DNA from: Monocercomonoides exilis PA203
Taxonomy: Eukaryota > Protista > Preaxostyla
NCBI GenBank assembly: GCA_001643675.2
Contig: LSRY02000017.1
Coordinates: 124,001 to 188,000 of the forward strand
Reading direction: 5' to 3'
Length of the DNA: 64,000 bases
Notes under the pieces: generated by a model
Told to the model about the DNA's origin: nothing
Seen by the model: only the letters and a program-made list of their open reading frames with translations
The model's database searches: none
Made by a program: the position numbers and the translations under genes
Part shown: one piece after another, positions 1 through 12,494 of the stretch
Layout: each line of letters starts with the position of its first letter
Numbering within the stretch: the first letter of the stretch is position 1

Positions 1-88
1 ATATTTTGTGCGTTAATTTCTTGTTCTTATTATTGTTGTTCATTTTTTATTTGGAACATATTATTTTGTATTGTTTAATTTTTTACAG

Positions 89-1005
89 ATTACATTCCAA
101 CTGTTTACGATGATTATAACAAATCTGAAACGTACAAAGATCAATTAGTTAATTTGGTATTTTATTTTTTTTCAAAAAAAAAATATTTTCTTTGATTGCA
201 ACCTGTGAAATTTTTTTAGGTGTTATGGGATACTGCTGGGCAAGAAGAATACGATGCTATAAGGTTTGCTTAGTGCTTTTTATTGTATTCATGTTATTTG
301 CATGATACTTAATTATTTTAAAGAACTCTTTCATATGATAAAACAAATGTATTTTTGGTTGCGTTTTGTTGCACTCAGCGAGAGTCATTACTTCGATGCA
401 AAACTAAGGTACAATTTTTATCAATTTAGTGCATTTATTTTTCTTTAATTCTTATTATTTTCATTTTTTTTTACAATTAACTGTTTTGAATTTGCAAAGT
501 GGTATCCCGAACTGAAGAAATATTTTTCTGGAGAGCCTCCTCCAATTGTTTTAGTTGGAACAAAGTGCGATTTGAGGGATATGGATCCTTCTTCTCCAAA
601 TGCAGTCAAAGATAATGAAGTATGAAAGTTAAGAAATATGATTAAGAATAGACAAATATTAAAGAAAAAAATAATATCATTACAATTTGTTTATTGAAAT
701 TTGTATAATGTGTTTTATTTTTCACTTTATATTTTGTACCATATTGTTTTCTTTTATTGATTTCAATTATTGAATATTTATTATTAATTGTTAATATTCT
801 TTTATTTAAAATCCTTAATTTCTTATTTATTTATTTATTTATTTATTTTTATTAGATTAAAGAAATAATGAGGGACATAGGAGCTAAGGCGTATATAACT
901 TGTTCGGCGAAGAGTGGAATTAGAGTTGCAGAAGTCTTTAAGACTGCACTTGATGTGCATTTTGAAAAGGACAATCAATCAGAAGGATGTTGTTCCATAT
1001 TGTAA
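89..1005 (+). CDS. Rho/Rac-family small GTPase (5' exon(s) outside window; exons 89-156, 220-263, 324-408, 500-619, 856-1005)
   Basis: Spliced translation gives YIPTVYDDY (switch I), LWDTAGQEEYDAIRTLSY (G3), LVGTKCDLR (G4), TCSAK (G5) and C-terminal CaaX CSIL*. All introns are GT-AG. Confidence 0.93.
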
Positions 1006-2200
1006 TATAACACTTCTTAAAAATTTCGAAGTTACTATCTTATCTTTCTTTCTTCGAATATTCCTGTTAAATACCAGCATGTTTAAATCTTTGTCCTGCT
1101 CTTATCTTCAATCCCCATTAATCATCTTGCTTTGAAAGAAGTTAACTTAACAGAAAAAGAAAAATATGGAAATAATAAGTTGGCTATTGAATAATTCGTT
1201 TGATGGCAGTTTGTTCAAATAGAATAGAAAAATGATCACATGTAATTCATCAAAAATTCAAATAATATTTTTTTGTGTGTGTTTCTTTTGTAAAACTAAC
1301 GCAATTTTCTATTTCAGTTTCTGTCTATTTTGGGCAACATACGAAATTTTTTATGCATGTTTTTATTCAACATTTTGGACTTTTTTCCTTTTTTTCTTTT
1401 TCTTTTTTTAAATTGTTAAACTTTCGATCTTTTGAAGAAAGATTTATATCTTTTTCTCTTTTCAAGCATTGTTTTTTCATATCGCAAGACTTTATTTTAA
1501 TATTTGAATTGACGTATTTCACAATTTTGAAAGTACCATAAGTGCAAAAAATTGCAAATGTTTCATAAGGTAATTATAATCAATATCTCATTCTTTGAAT
1601 ATTAAGTTGCAACAAAAGACTGCACTTCACTCAATTTTTTCGAAGTAATTGACACTTCAACAAAAATCATTTTCTGGGGAAATTCATTAGTTATAAAAAT
1701 TCTTTGAAAAATTGTTGATTTTTTTTTTGTGAACTTGCAATGTGCTCTGTTGATCTATCTTTCGTCTGGAGTCATTTATTTTATCATTATTTTCCTTCGA
1801 AATTGAATGTTATATCGTGATTTTATATTTTTTTAAAAAATTATCCATATTGTTTTTTTTTTTTTTTTTTTTTTTTTGACAGACAAATGATTTCTTGACT
1901 TGTCATGTTACAGAAATGTGAATATGGCATTTTCGATTATGCAGGCCAATACGTTTGATATCAATTATTTTTATGCGGTGTTGATTTATTATAAAATTTT
2001 GAATTTAAACAAGAACAATTGTTACGAAAAGTCGAGAGCATTTCAATAACAAAAAAAGCTAAAAAGCGATTCAAATAAGGTTAATTGCTATTTCTAAAAA
2101 TATTTTTTCATTTATAAATACTTTTCCAAACATTCAATACATATTTTTTAACCGAGAATTTGGATTGGAAAATAACAATAAAAAAAAAAAACACCTTCAG

Positions 2201-2375
2201 ATGGTATAAATTATGTTGCACACTTTCATTTTCTGTGGACAGTGGCAATATTTCAACAACCATTGATACTTGTATTTCCACTATAAACACAGCTATTCAA
2301 ACCATGAATACAAACTTTTTAAGAATAAATTTTTTCATTCACCCAAATCAACGGAATTCAAAAAAAAGTATTTAA
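2201..2375 (+). CDS. Terminal exon of unknown small protein, paralog A
   Basis: Follows a TTCAG acceptor. TLSFSVDSGNISTTIDTCISTINTAI matches the opposing ORF at 2504-2581 at 16/26 aa, with 8 synonymous third-position differences. Upstream exons not resolved. Confidence 0.45.
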
Positions 2376-2437
2376 TCTTTTCTGAGAAACCTGGAGAATC
2401 ATATTTCTCTGTGTTTTTTTGAAATTTGTAAATGTTT

Positions 2438-2608
2438 TTATCCAAGTTCTTCGGTGTAAGAAATTTCATTATCATTTTTCACAGAAGTTTGATGAATGAA
2501 GGGAATTGCTTGATTCATGACCAAGATGCAACCATCAACGGAAGTTGAGATAATACCACTGTCCACATTTATTGAAAGCGTCCACAATAATAAAAACTTA
2601 CAATAATT
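2438..2608 (-). CDS. Terminal exon of unknown small protein, paralog B
   Basis: TLSINVDSGIISTSVDGCILVMNQAI is homologous to paralog A. Upstream exons not resolved. Confidence 0.45.
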   Translation of the reverse strand, partial: NYCKFLLLWTLSINVDSGIISTSVDGCILVMNQAIPFIHQTSVKNDNEISYTEELG

Positions 2609-3194
2609 CTTTATAAAAATCAATTTTTCAATTCAAATTTTTTTTGATTTCAAAAATTCTTTTTTTTTCAAAATGGAAAAAAAACCTTTTGAGGGAAATA
2701 TTCTGCAATAAAACATGAAATTAGGTTTTTTATCTTTTTGATTTTAGGAAAGTTGTTGAACAAATGAAAATAAGAAGAAAAAGACTTTCAAATCATCAAA
2801 ATTTCATAAAATAAACAACGACATTACAACAAAAGGCAGCTTATCAGTGTTGAATAATTCATTGCGTATTTTCAAAAATATTTCTATTTTAAGATACAAG
2901 AAAAAAAAAAATTTTTTTTATAAGTATTTTTAAAAAGCTACAATGTGCAATAAGTGTTTTAAGGCAAGATTTGATATGAATGGAAACTGATAACGAATTA
3001 AAGAAATATTTTAAAATTGAAACAGATAAAAAAATGATATTGATATAAAAACGAATCATTGAAATGATGAATAGATACAAATAATTTATATGTTTCAACA
3101 TTTTAAAATATTTTAGCTTGTTGGTGCTCCGACGGTGCATTTATCTGAATGAAAATTAAAGTGTTAAACACAGATTAAAAGATAAACATTTAAA

Positions 3195-3736
3195 TTACAA
3201 ACTTGATGATCCTTTAGTTGCAAGAATAAGTCCAACGATAACACCGTACAGTGCAAGAGCTTCTCCGAAAATAAGAATCAAAAGCATCCCAACAAACAAT
3301 TTTGGCTGTCTTGCATTTGCTCTAACTCCTGCATCTCCAACAATACCGATGGTGATCCCAGCAGCAAGAGAACTGAATCCAACGCAAAGCCCTCCAGCAA
3401 GATGAGCAAATGAGTTGTAAAGAGGATACTCGTTTGTAATACCCATTCCAATAATAATTGCCACAATCAAACCGTAAATACCAAGAATACCTTTCAAAAA
3501 GAAATCATGAAGTACGAGAAAAGCATCTTTATATAACTCATACCTGCCATAATTGTTGGAATTGTTGATTTGACAATAAGCTGAGGATGCATAACGCCCA
3601 TCACGCAAACGCCAACACCAGCTTTGGCTGTTCCATAGCACGATCCGAAGTTTGCAAAAATTAATGAAGAAGCAGCTCCCATGAATCCAAAGAATGTGGT
3701 CCAAGATGGACAGATTTCTGAAACAACAATACTCAT
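3195..3736 (-). CDS. ATP6V0C: V-type ATPase V0 16-kDa proteolipid subunit c (exons 3736-3544, 3490-3195; 162 aa)
   Basis: [77 protein letters not shown] with the proton-binding Glu. One 53-nt intron. Confidence 0.97.
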
Positions 3737-4004
3737 CTAAAAAATCTAAATACTCTTGATCCTAAACCATATTGTTAAAAAATCTTAAATGATAAAAAAC
3801 TTGAATTTCGGAGTAGTTCACATTAATTTGTTATTATAAAATCCGTCTTACACTTTACGAAAAATTGACCCATTATAACATACTTAATAATTGAAATTCA
3901 AGTATTCTTTTGTTTTTTCGTTGCAATATTTGAACTTTATTTTACATTCTTGCCTTTTATTAACATTTTGAAATATTTTCAAACAATTATGAATATCGTT
4001 AAAG

Positions 4005-4258
4005 ATGCAAAAACAATTTGACGATGATGGAGATAATGATGATTTGGATGTGAAGCAATTTAAAGTCATTTTTCTCGGAGATGGTGCTGTTGGTAAAACT
4101 TCAATTATAATGCGATTTACTAAAGATCATTTCGATCCTGAACAGAGATACAAACAAACTATTGGACTTGATTTTTTTTTAAAGCAGCTTCAAATAACTG
4201 GTTTGAGAAAAAGAATTCTTTTTTTTCCTTTAATCTTTTATGCAAAATTTCATAATTC

Positions 4259-4291
<33 letters not shown>

Positions 4292-5035
4292 GTATTTTAG
4301 AGAAGTTGCAAGTTTCACTTCAGTGTTGGGACATCGGGGGACAGACCATTGGACAGAAAATGATTAAGAATTATCTCCGTGGTTCCAATGCAATTTTATT
4401 TGTTTACGACATAACAAATCAAAGCTCTTTTCAAAATCTTGAAAATTGGATGACATTCGTCAAAGAAGTTTTCCCAGAGTCTGAGAAACAGCCATACATG
4501 GCACTGATTGGGAATAAAAGTGTGAATAAATAATTACATGTACAAATTAATTATAACATATTTGTTCATATAACAGCTGATCTTGGTTATCAAAGAAAAG
4601 TTTCTGTTGAGGAGCATTCAGCATTTGCTGACAAATATGGAATCAGATTTTTCTATATGTCAGCTAGAACAGGAGACAATGTACTACCAGCAATGATAAA
4701 AGTTGCATCTGATCTGGCAGATGTGAAAAAACCTTATGTAGAAATTGAAAGAGAAGCGGTGTGCAGCTTATTCTTTTTTATTTTTAATATTTCCATACAT
4801 TTTTTAAACTTTTTTCTCAACCTTTTTATTTCGCTTTTTATGATGAATAAATTTTATTCCTTTGATATGATAGATGGCTGCTTCTGTAGCAACAATTCAG
4901 AGAGATCATGAGACTACAATTGATGGGAAAACATCAGATGATATAATTGCTTCATCTTCACAGCCTTCAAAAGGAAATAAAGAATCTAAAAGTAAGGATA
5001 AAAAATCTGGAAAAGAGAAATGCATCATTTTGTGA
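4005..5035 (+). CDS. RAB28: Rab28 GTPase (exons 4005-4200, 4301-4519, 4577-4758, 4874-5035)
   Basis: [19 protein letters not shown], the Rab28-diagnostic [14 protein letters not shown] across a splice junction, SARTG, CaaX CIIL*. Confidence 0.93.
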
Positions 5036-5240
5036 TATTTACAGCATTAACAATTCTTATTCTGAATTACTTTATGACATTGCTTTTAATAAAAAAAAAA
5101 AAGAAAAAATAAAACTAGGGTATAATATTTTCGTTTCTTATTGAAAAATATGGATAAGCTTATAAAGGAATTAACGATCACATATTCAATTATTTTTAAG
5201 TTTTTTTTTAACTTTTCATTGTCGTTAAGGCAATATATAA

Positions 5241-8200
5241 ATGTTTTCCAGAAGGCAACAACAGAGCGATTTGATACAATCAAATTCACCCTTGAGCTCA
5301 GAACGAAAAGTCGGCTATTTAGCAAAATCGACATTTGGATCGACTTTTTCTGTTAAGGCACTTATTAGAGGAGCAAGAAAGACAGGAAAAACTCAGCTAA
5401 TGAATATCCTTCAAGGATTGCCTTTTACAGCAAAATATCATCCAACTCCACAAATTTCTTGTTGCGCAATAGACATGGATATCAATGGTTTGCTTTTTTA
5501 TTAATTCGATTGAAAAATAATTTTTTTCAAATAAAATAAAAAATTGATTGCTTTCATTTTTTTAAACTTAAGATGGAGAGGAAACACTCCGCGCTGAGGT
5601 ATTTTTAATTTTTTTAAAAAAAAAAAAATAATGAAAGTGCAATTTTTTATTTCAATATTGCAAATATAAAGCTCTGGGACGTAGTTGATCATTCCACACT
5701 TTCAATTGATAAACCAGATTCTATACAACTCGATGCCGATCACATAAATGTTTATACAGGAGTCCATGCAGTGTTTTTTTTGTGTAATCCTCAATCAAGT
5801 GAATCTATCAGATATATTCTTGAAAATGTTCCATCTGTTCCCGCACATGTTCCCATTGCAATTGTTGTGAATTTTTTAGATATTGCACCACAATTATTTA
5901 AACCTCTTTCACAATCATCATTGGGGAATGAAAAAGAAAAAGTTCCAGATAAAGAAATTGAAACCAACAAAACTATCGAAAATCCAAAAGACATTGAAGT
6001 TGAAAGTGATACTATTGAAAAAGAAAGCAATAAAATCAAGCTTCCGAAAAACGAAGAAGAGAAGAAAAAGAGGCAAAGTGATTTAAATGAAAAAATTGAT
6101 TCATCGAATAATTCAACAAAATCAAAAGAAAAAGAATGTAACGAGAATACAGTTCAAAAAGATGAAGAGAAGAAAATCAATGTGAATGATAATAATAAAA
6201 ATAAATGTGAATCTCATCCAGCTGATAGTTCTGTGAAGAAAACTGATGAACGAGGTATTGAATATTCTCCATGTGTATTCGATGAAGTTATAAAGAACAG
6301 AATGAATCAGAGTTTCCTTTCGAGTCCAGGCGTCCTGGAACAAGCAAGATTCACATCTCTCTTCCAATCATCATCTCCTCTTAAATCTCAAAATTCTCCA
6401 TCAATCAGTAACTTGCCCTCTCCAGCACATTCGCCATCTCACTCACCAACCCCTTCCCCTTCCTCTTCCTCTTCTTCTTCCACTTCATCTCCATCTTCCT
6501 CTTCCCCTTCCTCTTCCCCTTCCCCTTCCGTCACACCAGCACTGCAGCAAGCCCCCAAACAGCCAGACCCCCCCTCTCCGCTTCCAGTAACAGCCTCGCC
6601 ATACACGCTGCTTCTGAACACTGCGTCGCCTGTGTTTGTGATGAAGACGTCGTTGAAGTGCGGGTACGGCCTCTCTTCTCTTCGGAAGTTTCTGCACCTG
6701 CCGCTGTTCGGCCAGAAAGTGGAGATCCTTCTGAAGGAGATTGAGCGCGTGAGGGAGCGCGAGAAGAGGATGCGGGAAGACGTCTTTGGCGACGCAGAGG
6801 CGCACTCAGAAGACGTGTTCAAGGAGATGTTCTGGCCGATGGAGGTGGACTTGAGCGAGAAGAGGGAGGAGGACGGGGCAGACGGAGAAGGAGAAGAAGG
6901 AGAAAGAGGAAGAGGAAGAGGAGGGGCAGGAGGTGCGAATGAGGCGGGGAAAGGAGGCAGCGAAGGAGGCAGCGCACAGAAAGCAGGGCGGGTTCAGCGG
7001 AAGAGCCCGAACGAGTGGAGTCGCAGTGTGGTTGGAATGAAGCTGGATGGGCTGACAGACGAGAAGATGTTGTGGGACACGCCAGGAAAAGCAGGCAAAG
7101 CAGGCAAAGAAGGCAGAGAGGAAAGTGCAGATGAAAGCAGAAAGAATGCCCAGTCTCCGTCTGCGCTGCCTCTTTCTCCGCTCACCATGAAGAGCGGAAG
7201 CATCTCTCCTTCTCCTCTTGCTTCTCCTCTTTCTTCTCCACTCTCTCCTCCTCTCTCTGCTCCTTCTCCTCTTTCTCTTTCTTCCTCTGCCAGCACCTCA
7301 ACGCCATCTCACAGGACACCCCAGCCACTTCAGCCTGGACAGCCGAGCTCTTCTCCGAAAGCACTTCACCAAAATGCTCAGAACACACCAGCTAATAAGC
7401 AGACAACAGCATCACTGACACAACAACAATCAACTACTGTTCCTTCCTCTCCTTCTTCTCCTTCTTCTTCTTCTTCACCTGCAGTCTCAAAGCAGCCCAC
7501 AACAAATGCATCTTCCTCATCTTCGGGCGGAGGAGGGATTTTCTCGTTTTTCCGGCGGAACAAGTCATCGTCATCATCATCAACAGCCAATTCTTCTTCA
7601 GGCGATGGCACAGTGAAACCACCGAGCAAAAAAGAGATGCGGCGGCTGGAGAAAGAAAGGGAGCAGCAGGAGAAGCAGCGGCAGAAGGCGCTGAGGGAGA
7701 AGCAGCTGCGGGATGCTGAGTTTGAGAGGGAAAGAGTGAGAGCCATCAAGCAGATCAGTGTCGACACCAGTTTGGATGACTTTCTGGGAAATCCGAAGCT
7801 TTCGAGAGAAGTGCCGGCAGTTGTGCCAGGGGCAGCAGCAGGAGCGGGAGCAGCAGGAGTAATGGGGAATATGATTGGGACAGCTGGGAGTGGAGGTTTG
7901 GGAGAGGGGGAGTGGAAGAAGAAGAAGAAGAAGAAGAAGAAGAGGAAAGATGTGAATGGATTTGCATTATGTATTTTGAGAGAGGACATGACATTATTTA
8001 TTTATTTATTTAATTTTAATTTTTAATTTTTTCTATTTTTCTTGTTTGAATTTTTTTATTCTTATTTATTTTTCTATTTTCTAACAACACAAAATATCCA
8101 ACCTCATTCAGTATCTCCTGTTGTCGTGCATCCAGAGCTTGCATTGGGCCATTCAGTGATGGACAGAAGTCGACTGAATGCGCTCTCTTCAGAGACACTT

Positions 8201-10048
8201 GCCTCACGTGGAATGGCACCAGCACAACAACAACAACAACAACAGCAACAGCAGCAGATGTTGATGATGAACAAAGGCAGTTCACAAGGATATGCTCCAA
8301 CTGGTGTGTTGGGTGTGGCAGAGAGGGAAGCGAATAGCAGAGGAGAAGGTGGAAGAGAAGGCAAAAGTGAAAGAGAAGGGGAAAGAGGGAGAAGAAGACT
8401 GGAGCTGGCTGCATTGGATGATGTGGATGAGGATTTGAGTATGTCACTGAAACAGCTTGACGACAAAAAGAGGAAGAGGAGGAAGGAGAAAGTGGAGAGT
8501 GAGAAGGAGAAGGAGAAAGAGAAAGAAAAAGAGAAAGATGGAGGAGATGAAGAAGAAGAAAGGACAGAAAAGAAGAAGAGAGAGAAAGAAAGAGACAGAG
8601 AAAGAGAAGGAAAAGAAGTCGAAGACGAAGCAAAAGAAGACCGAAGAAGAAGTCGAAAAGAGCGAAAGACAGGAATTCTTGAGGCACAATTGGACGTCGA
8701 AGAAAACGATGTGATGGCAGAGCTGTCAAAAACGACAGTGCTAAACAAGAAAAGAGACAGAGCAAGAATGAGGCAGGAAGAAGAAGAACGAGAAGAAGAA
8801 GAAAGGGAAAGGGAAAGAGAAAAGGAAAGAGAAAAAGAAAGAGAAAGAAAACTTCAACAAGAAAAAGAAGAAAGAGAAAGAGAAAGAGAAAGAGAAAGAG
8901 AAGCCGAAAAAGCGCAACCTGAGCCAAGCAACGAACCAATGCACCATTTGTCTTCATCAAATGCGCTGGACTCATTTTTCAGTGACTCAGATGAAGTTGT
9001 GCCTTCATCGAAGAATCATTTGGAAGAGAACAAAGCAGACAGCACACATACTGACAGCTTCTATGAACACGAACCAGCTGAAGCATTGCAACCTTCTTCG
9101 ATCTTGTCAACACCAAAAGCAGAGAAAGAGAAAGAAGAAGAACCACCAGTCCCAACAACACCCCCAGTTTCTAGTGTGTCATTTGTGCAGCATCCAGACG
9201 ATGGCTATGCAGCTATTGATGATTTGGGATACCATTCAATGGGGCATGTTCAGTTTGACGAACAAGAAGGAGAAAGGAGAAGCAGCGAATATGCATCGTT
9301 TGGAGGAGACGAGGGAAATGAGCGTGAAGAGGAAGGGAATGAGGATAAGAGAGAGAAAGAGAAGGAGGGGTCTAAAGATAGAAAGGGAAGCAGAAGAGAG
9401 CATCATCACTCACACCGCTCTCATCGAGGAAGAGACAAGGTGAAGGATTCGAAAAACCAGAAAGAGGAAGGAAATGAAGAGAAAGAGAACAACAAAGGAG
9501 AAGATGAAGAGAAAGAAGAGAAAGAAGGAAAAGAAGAGAAGGAAGGAAGTGAGAAGGATCGAAAGAGAAAAGATGAAGAGAGTGGAAGAGATCGCCATCA
9601 TCGCCATCACAGCAGACATCGCTCACACAGAGATCACAGAAGAGATAAAGATAAAGATAAAGAGAAGGATAAAGAAAAGGAGAAAGAAAATGAGAACGAT
9701 GAAGAGAAAGAGAGTGGAAAAGATTCGAAGGATGAAGAGAAAGAAAACGAGAAAGTACAAAACGAGGAAGAAACAGAACCGAAAAAAGATGATGAAGCAG
9801 AAGAGAATGAAGGACAAAAAGAGATTGCAAGCAATCACGAAAGACATCACAGCCACAAGCATTCGACATCCAACGAAGAAGAAGCCAAAGAAGAACAAGA
9901 GAAGAGCTATGACAAAAAGCCAGAAGAAGAAGAAGAAGAAAACAAAGGAGAAGTTGAGACAGGAGCTGTTGAAGAGGCAGAGAGCGATAAAAACACTTCG
10001 ATTCAAAACGATGATAATACACCAAAGGCAACTTCTGAAACCGAATAA
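5241..10048 (+). CDS. RABL6: Rab-like protein 6 (RBEL1/PARF) with long charged C-terminus (exons 5241-5487, 5573-5598, 5672-~7895, 8112-10048)
   Basis: KALIRGARKTGKT, YHPTPQI, LWDVVD, LDADHINVY, YILENVPSVPAHVPIAIVVNFLD and TSLKCGYGLSSLRKFLHLPL parallel RABL6 motifs. LDDFL/LDSFF motifs and a K/E/R-rich tail are present. The last intron donor is uncertain (7896 or 7971). Confidence 0.85.
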
Positions 10049-10533
10049 AAAAAGAGAATATTAACAAACAAAAACAAACGAGTTTTTGAAGTATTTTTGC
10101 TTTATTGGTGTTTCTGTGAATGAATGAACTTTTTGTGTTTATTTTTTGTGTTGTTATTGATGTTCTTTTTTGTCTGTTTGTTTCCTTTTTTTTGTTTTTG
10201 AGGGAGTTAAACTTTCGATTTTTGCTTTTTAATTACAATATTTAATGGATATAAAATAATAAAACGAAATAAGATGCAAAAAAGAAAAGTCAGCCATTAA
10301 AAGTTGGCATCCTTCTGATCAATTCTCAAAAGTTGAATAACAAAAAAGATTGAAAACAGAAAAGAAAAGAAAAGAAAGAACAACAAACAACTCGGCTTTG
10401 CATGCATTAAACATTTACACAAAATAATCACTAAAAACACCATAAAGAACATTGCATTATCAAAACAAATTACAAAAACTCGAAAAAAATAATAAACTAG
10501 CAACTCCATTAGGAGGAATATATAATAGCAATA

Positions 10534-12228
10534 TCACTGCTGCATCTGGGAAGGGAGAGAATAAATAGGCTGAGGGATAGACTGTATTCCATCTGGCTGA
10601 TAAGAAGGAGCTAAAAGAGCGTTTGCGTCTCTATTTTGTGGATTGGCAAAGTCATTTTCCTTCTCGTCGACTGCTTCCAGATTCGATCCAACTGGTTCAG
10701 GATTCAAATAAGGAGCACTTGGAACGGGTGAAGAACGCCCATTGTCAGCTCCGTTGATGTCTACTGCTGTATATAAAGGAGCATTCGAGGCAGGTGGATC
10801 GCAGGGAACAGAATAAGGCCGAGCATCAGACAGATGTGCAGATTCTTCATATCTCTCATCTTTGAAGTCTGAACGGTTCACAGTTTTTTTCTTCTGTTTG
10901 TTTGATGCAGTTGTTTGAGAGGACGAACTGCTTGATACAGAAATATCTCTCTTTCTTTTTCTTTTCTTTTCATCATCGTGGTCAATATCCAAGCAACAAC
11001 AGCAGCAGCCGAGCAGAAGCTGAGGTGCAAACACAATCATAATCACCAGAATCACAAAGCCCATGATATGCACAACAAGCCCTGCACCCGTCAGATTCTG
11101 CGGTTCTAGAGGAGTCAAAAAATCAAACGAATGTGTGGATTGTGTTAGCAAGCATTCGTGAGTCCTTTCGTTACATTTTGTGGTGAAAGCCATCTGGTTT
11201 GTTCGCACTGATGAGTATTTCATGAGCTCTTTCACAGACACCTCAAACACAGGCCGTCCTGAATCATCCACTTCTGAGAGCTTTCGTGTCAATCTTTGTG
11301 GTGATGAGTTATTCTCATCTTTTTTGTTCTTGCTTCCAATGGATTTTACTTGTGAATTCGAAGAAAAAATTACAAAAGATGCATCATTTTGGTTGACTTC
11401 AATACCCAGATTGACTGGAAATTGTATCTGATCAACAATGTTCACTTCAAACCAATTTTCCCCTAAATCAATTTTGTTGTCTCCATCCACTGTAACCTTA
11501 CCATCATATCCAAAATATCTCGTTGTTGAGTAACGACTAAACCGGTCTCTTGAATTAGAAAGAGATGCATTTATAGAAAATGAAGTGTTGATCGAAGATG
11601 GGGGAGCCCCTTTTGTAATTGTCACTGAAAAACGTTTTCCTGTCGAATACGGAGGAGGTGAAATGTCGGAATTGTTTTTAGTTTTTATAACACCCGTGAC
11701 ATATCCAGGAGCTTCAAAATCTTCCTGTTTCCAAATCGGACTCTTTGAAAAATTCAAAGTAACAGAACGTCCATAGTGCGCACCATCCTGCGTTGCATTA
11801 ATGTCAAAGGAGATGTTAGTGAATTGGATACCGGCAAATCTTATCTTAAGATTATTGTCAATAAAATAAAAATGAAGTCAGAAAAAAATATTTGTCCATA
11901 CAAAAGAATATGCCGGATTAAATTGATTAATTTTTAAAGATTCTGGATCGGCATATAGAGCATCAGTTGCCCATCCTTCGGGGGTTCTATCCCTTTTCAA
12001 TTCGGCATTTGCATGCCAAAGAACAAAAAGAGGAACAGAAATTAATAACCATATGACGCACTGGATAATCGTTGTGCGTATTACAACCGAACATGTGGGT
12101 TCATTCCAATTTAGACGATCTATTATAAAAACATCATTATTAGAATTGCAAAAGAATTAAATGAAAAAACTTAGTCTTTTCCAACTGATAAAAACCAAAA
12201 TATCATGAAAGCAATAATTATATAACAT
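10534..12228 (-). CDS. Hypothetical two-TM membrane glycoprotein with Cys-string and Pro/Tyr-rich tail
   Basis: Spliced ORF with TM1 IIQCVIWLLISVPLFVLW, a loop with many NxS/T sequons, and TM2 GLVVHIMGFVILVIMIVFA followed by GCCCCC. First exon is tentative. Confidence 0.65.
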
Positions 12229-12494
12229 TTACAAATTTAACAATATATGGGACTCAAACCACATCAACGAGCTCTTGATGTCACCGTTCTTTTCAACAGT
12301 ATCTTTTTTCAAACAACCATTATTTTATTTGATTAATATTTCTTTTTTGAACCGTTTTTCATAACAAAATAAAAAGAAAAGACATTTGCATATACTAAAT
12401 TGTTTAAATAAATAACATTAAAAAATGAAAAATAAAAAAGCAAAGTTCGCGAAATGAAAGTTAAGTTGTAAATAAGTTCATTCACAATAAAAGA

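Noticed and set aside
1655-1690. Weak similarity of caaaaatcattttctggggaaattcatt to the reverse complement of ~53685-53722
   Set aside because: Short, gapped and AT-rich, so it cannot be distinguished from chance by eye.
6439-10067. Many long antisense and alternate-frame ORFs rich in F/L/S over RABL6
   Set aside because: Shadows of purine-rich low-complexity coding sequence that lacks stop codons in other frames.
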